Assembly: GCA_010909165.1 (NCBI GenBank)
Contig: MU008182.1
Location: forward strand, 248,001 to 312,000
Reading direction: 5' to 3'
Length of the DNA stretch: 64,000 nt
From: Anthoceros angustus
Lineage: Eukaryota > Plantae > Anthocerotophyta
A program made the translations under genes and the position numbers. Below, one piece after another: positions 61,701-64,000 of this stretch (the first letter of the stretch is position 1; each line of letters begins with the position of its first letter). The notes under the pieces were generated by a model. It was not told the origin of the DNA and did no database searches. It saw only the letters and a list, made by a program, of their open reading frames with translations.

Positions 61701-64000
61701 GTGGAAGATAGCGAACAAGCCAGGTTGGAAGAATTTGCGAAGCATGAAGAAGCTAGGGACGACGCCTTAGAGGAGACACAGCGAGTACAGGAACAGAGGA
61801 AGGAGAGGCACGATGGGAGGCTTCGGGGACTCTATAGTAGCGGAGACTTGGTGCTCCTTTACGATAGTAGGTATTTAGATTTTCCGGAAGCTACGAGATG
61901 GATGGGGCCTATGCGGGTTGTAGCTCTATGAAAATGGGGGCTTGGTTTCATGGGGAACTACTTCCTACCAGAGTGAATGGGTGGAAGATCAAGAAGTACT
62001 TACACGAGGATGTTTGCGGGCGCAAACAAATGGGGAGAGGAGCATGTGGAACGAAGAATTTTGGTCACCCAAGACGCGCAGAGACCGACGTAGGATGGGT
62101 AGTTGTTCGTGGTAGGTAGTAGGTAGGTCGATAGAACAGTAGGAAGATGGTAGGACGTCCGAGGAGTTCGGACTTAATCGAGTCTGTTCGATCCAGGAAG
62201 TATGGGTAGATAGAAGCATATATAGGCATGATAGGTTCCATAAAGTTCCTTGGACCATGGGGAGTAAGAATATTCGGGATAAGAAGTTCCTTGGCCTTGA
62301 ATTATTTAGGTTCGCATGGCTATATATGCCAAATAGGGCTAGTTAAGTTGTAAATAGAAATGGCTAGGAGTTTTGAACCGGACACGGCGGCCATCGGAGG
62401 AGCGAATTAAGGCGATTTGCATGTACCGCAAATCGTTAGCTGTGGTTTGAACGGGCGCCAGCGAACCGCAGGCGGGCGCCGAGGGAGGTGGAGTTGCGCT
62501 CGAAGGAAGGCGGCAGTGAGCGCGTCTTCACGATTGCGCGCCAAAGCCGGGAGGGGAGCAACGGCGAGCAAGGCTGAGGCGCGCGAGTGGAGGCGCCGAG
62601 CAAGGGGCGGTGTTGAGAGGCTCGGGGGAAGAGCTTGCAAGGCTACCGCAAAAAGGCGCAAGGTGGAGAAGTTGCTGGAGGGGAGATTGAAGGGGCCAAG
62701 GCCACCTCTTAGTGGTTGCGTGAGGCGATCGCCGAGGAGGAAAACTCCCTTGCTGTCTCACCCAAACCACCACCTCTTTGCTCTCCACTCTCTTAGCCCG
62801 ATAGATTACTCCAAACTCTCCAATTTTGCTATCCTTGTGTGTGCTCCCATGCGATGGTGAAGATAGTGAGGACGGAACGGGTACCCCACGGGAGGAAACC
62901 TCCGCCGGCCACACCGTCCACAAAGGGAAAAGGTAAGAAACACCCAATTCCCGAGTTCGAGTGTAGGCCGCTCCAAATTTCACCTCGAGATTTGGAGGCG
63001 TTCAAGCGCTACGCGCCGAGATGAAGATGGAATGGCTGTACTTGGTACCTGGGTGGCACTTTGCGAGCCCTGCCTTGGTTCAGGAGTGTGCGCGACGAAT
63101 GAGAGTGACCAAGGCGACGGCCACCCGAGGATGCGACATCAAGTCATCCCGGGATGTGGAAGGTACATTTGTGATACGATTTGATACCGGAAGCCCACAA
63201 GGAGGGATCATTCCGGCAGCTTCTCCAAGAATCGGATCCGGAGGAGGTTATGAGTATGTTCCTACAAGGAGGAAGTATGGTCGCAAGGCAATGGTGGAGG
63301 ATCTCTTTGTTCAAGGAGCGGAAGTGGAATTTATTCGCCAAGATATGGGACTAACGCGGCGAAGGAAGACGACTGGAAATTCCCATTTAATGATGATATG
63401 AGATGTCCTGGAAAGATGGATTGGGCCACCATTCTCAGTATGAACAAAGCGGGCGACCGAACCATTTGGTGATGGAGGAGCAAGAATCGCTTTGTCTCTA
63501 CCTTCCTCGTACACCTATATCGAGGGAGGAGGTTCTTACATGACGAAATGGAAGAAGCCAAGATAGAAGCTACGGTGAGGGTGGTGGAAGGAGAGCCATC
63601 ACGCCCCAGGATGAAGAGAGGAGACCCCGGGCAAGAGACCGCCACGCCCGCGAACCAACATGAGGCCTCGTGGATCGAACCCAACAAGAGAAAGGGAAAG
63701 AGGCCATAGAAGAGCCTCCTACGGTGGAAGGAGGAAAGGATACGAGACCACCTACCGGAGGGTTGAGGATTGGAAGGCCGACAACACCAAAGGGGGAATG
63801 AACCCCTACGGGACCTGTGGAGGATGGAGGACCTCTAGGACTTTACCTCCTACCAAGAGGTAGTCTAACGATGGAGGCACAGAGAAGAACGCCGAGGAGC
63901 GTTGGTGACCTACGCACCAACGGGAGGAGTGAGGGAAGTGTTTGAGAACAGCATCCTACAAAGGTTAGTTGCTGAGCTGAGGGAAGTGGGCGCAGGATCT
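55738..64000 (+). mobile_element. Athila-like family 3 internal region: gag (ATG 56575), protease, RT, RNase H, integrase (to ~62030), accessory ORF from ~62855; runs off the window
   Basis: CSNCHQPGHTHQEC; LDSGSG; LIGRPWL; LVSDRGTHF; LHSVLWAFRT; RWMGP; many frameshifts. Confidence 0.92.

Overview
Land-plant nuclear DNA, probably from a non-seed plant. That is inferred from the half-tRNA-iMet-primed copia family and the CRE-type LINE. The first ~3 kb holds a spliced host gene of the plant GPBP1/vasculin-like family. A degenerate CRE-clade (RLE) non-LTR retrotransposon follows it. The remaining ~57 kb is a nested, scrambled transposon field. It holds about six Ty1/copia families, one of them full-length with a TSD. 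It also holds three to five Athila-like Ty3/gypsy families (tRNA-Asp PBS where visible), a non-autonomous CACTA-type element with CCCTA ends, a 25S rRNA fragment and possible host-gene scraps. Best candidate novelties: (1) a protein-conserved extra ORF upstream of gag in two divergent copia families; (2) a conserved accessory module downstream of pol in divergent Athila-like families, with no visible transmembrane segment and with a shared internal-promoter-like motif; (3) two joints of a copia LTR end into its own gag 15 bp apart; (4) two gypsy elements in head-to-tail, single-LTR configuration. Caveat: several segments differ from their copies mainly by small indels, and many junctions show microhomology. 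Some frameshifts and mosaics may therefore be long-read or amplification artefacts. No database searches were run, and family names rest on motif recognition.
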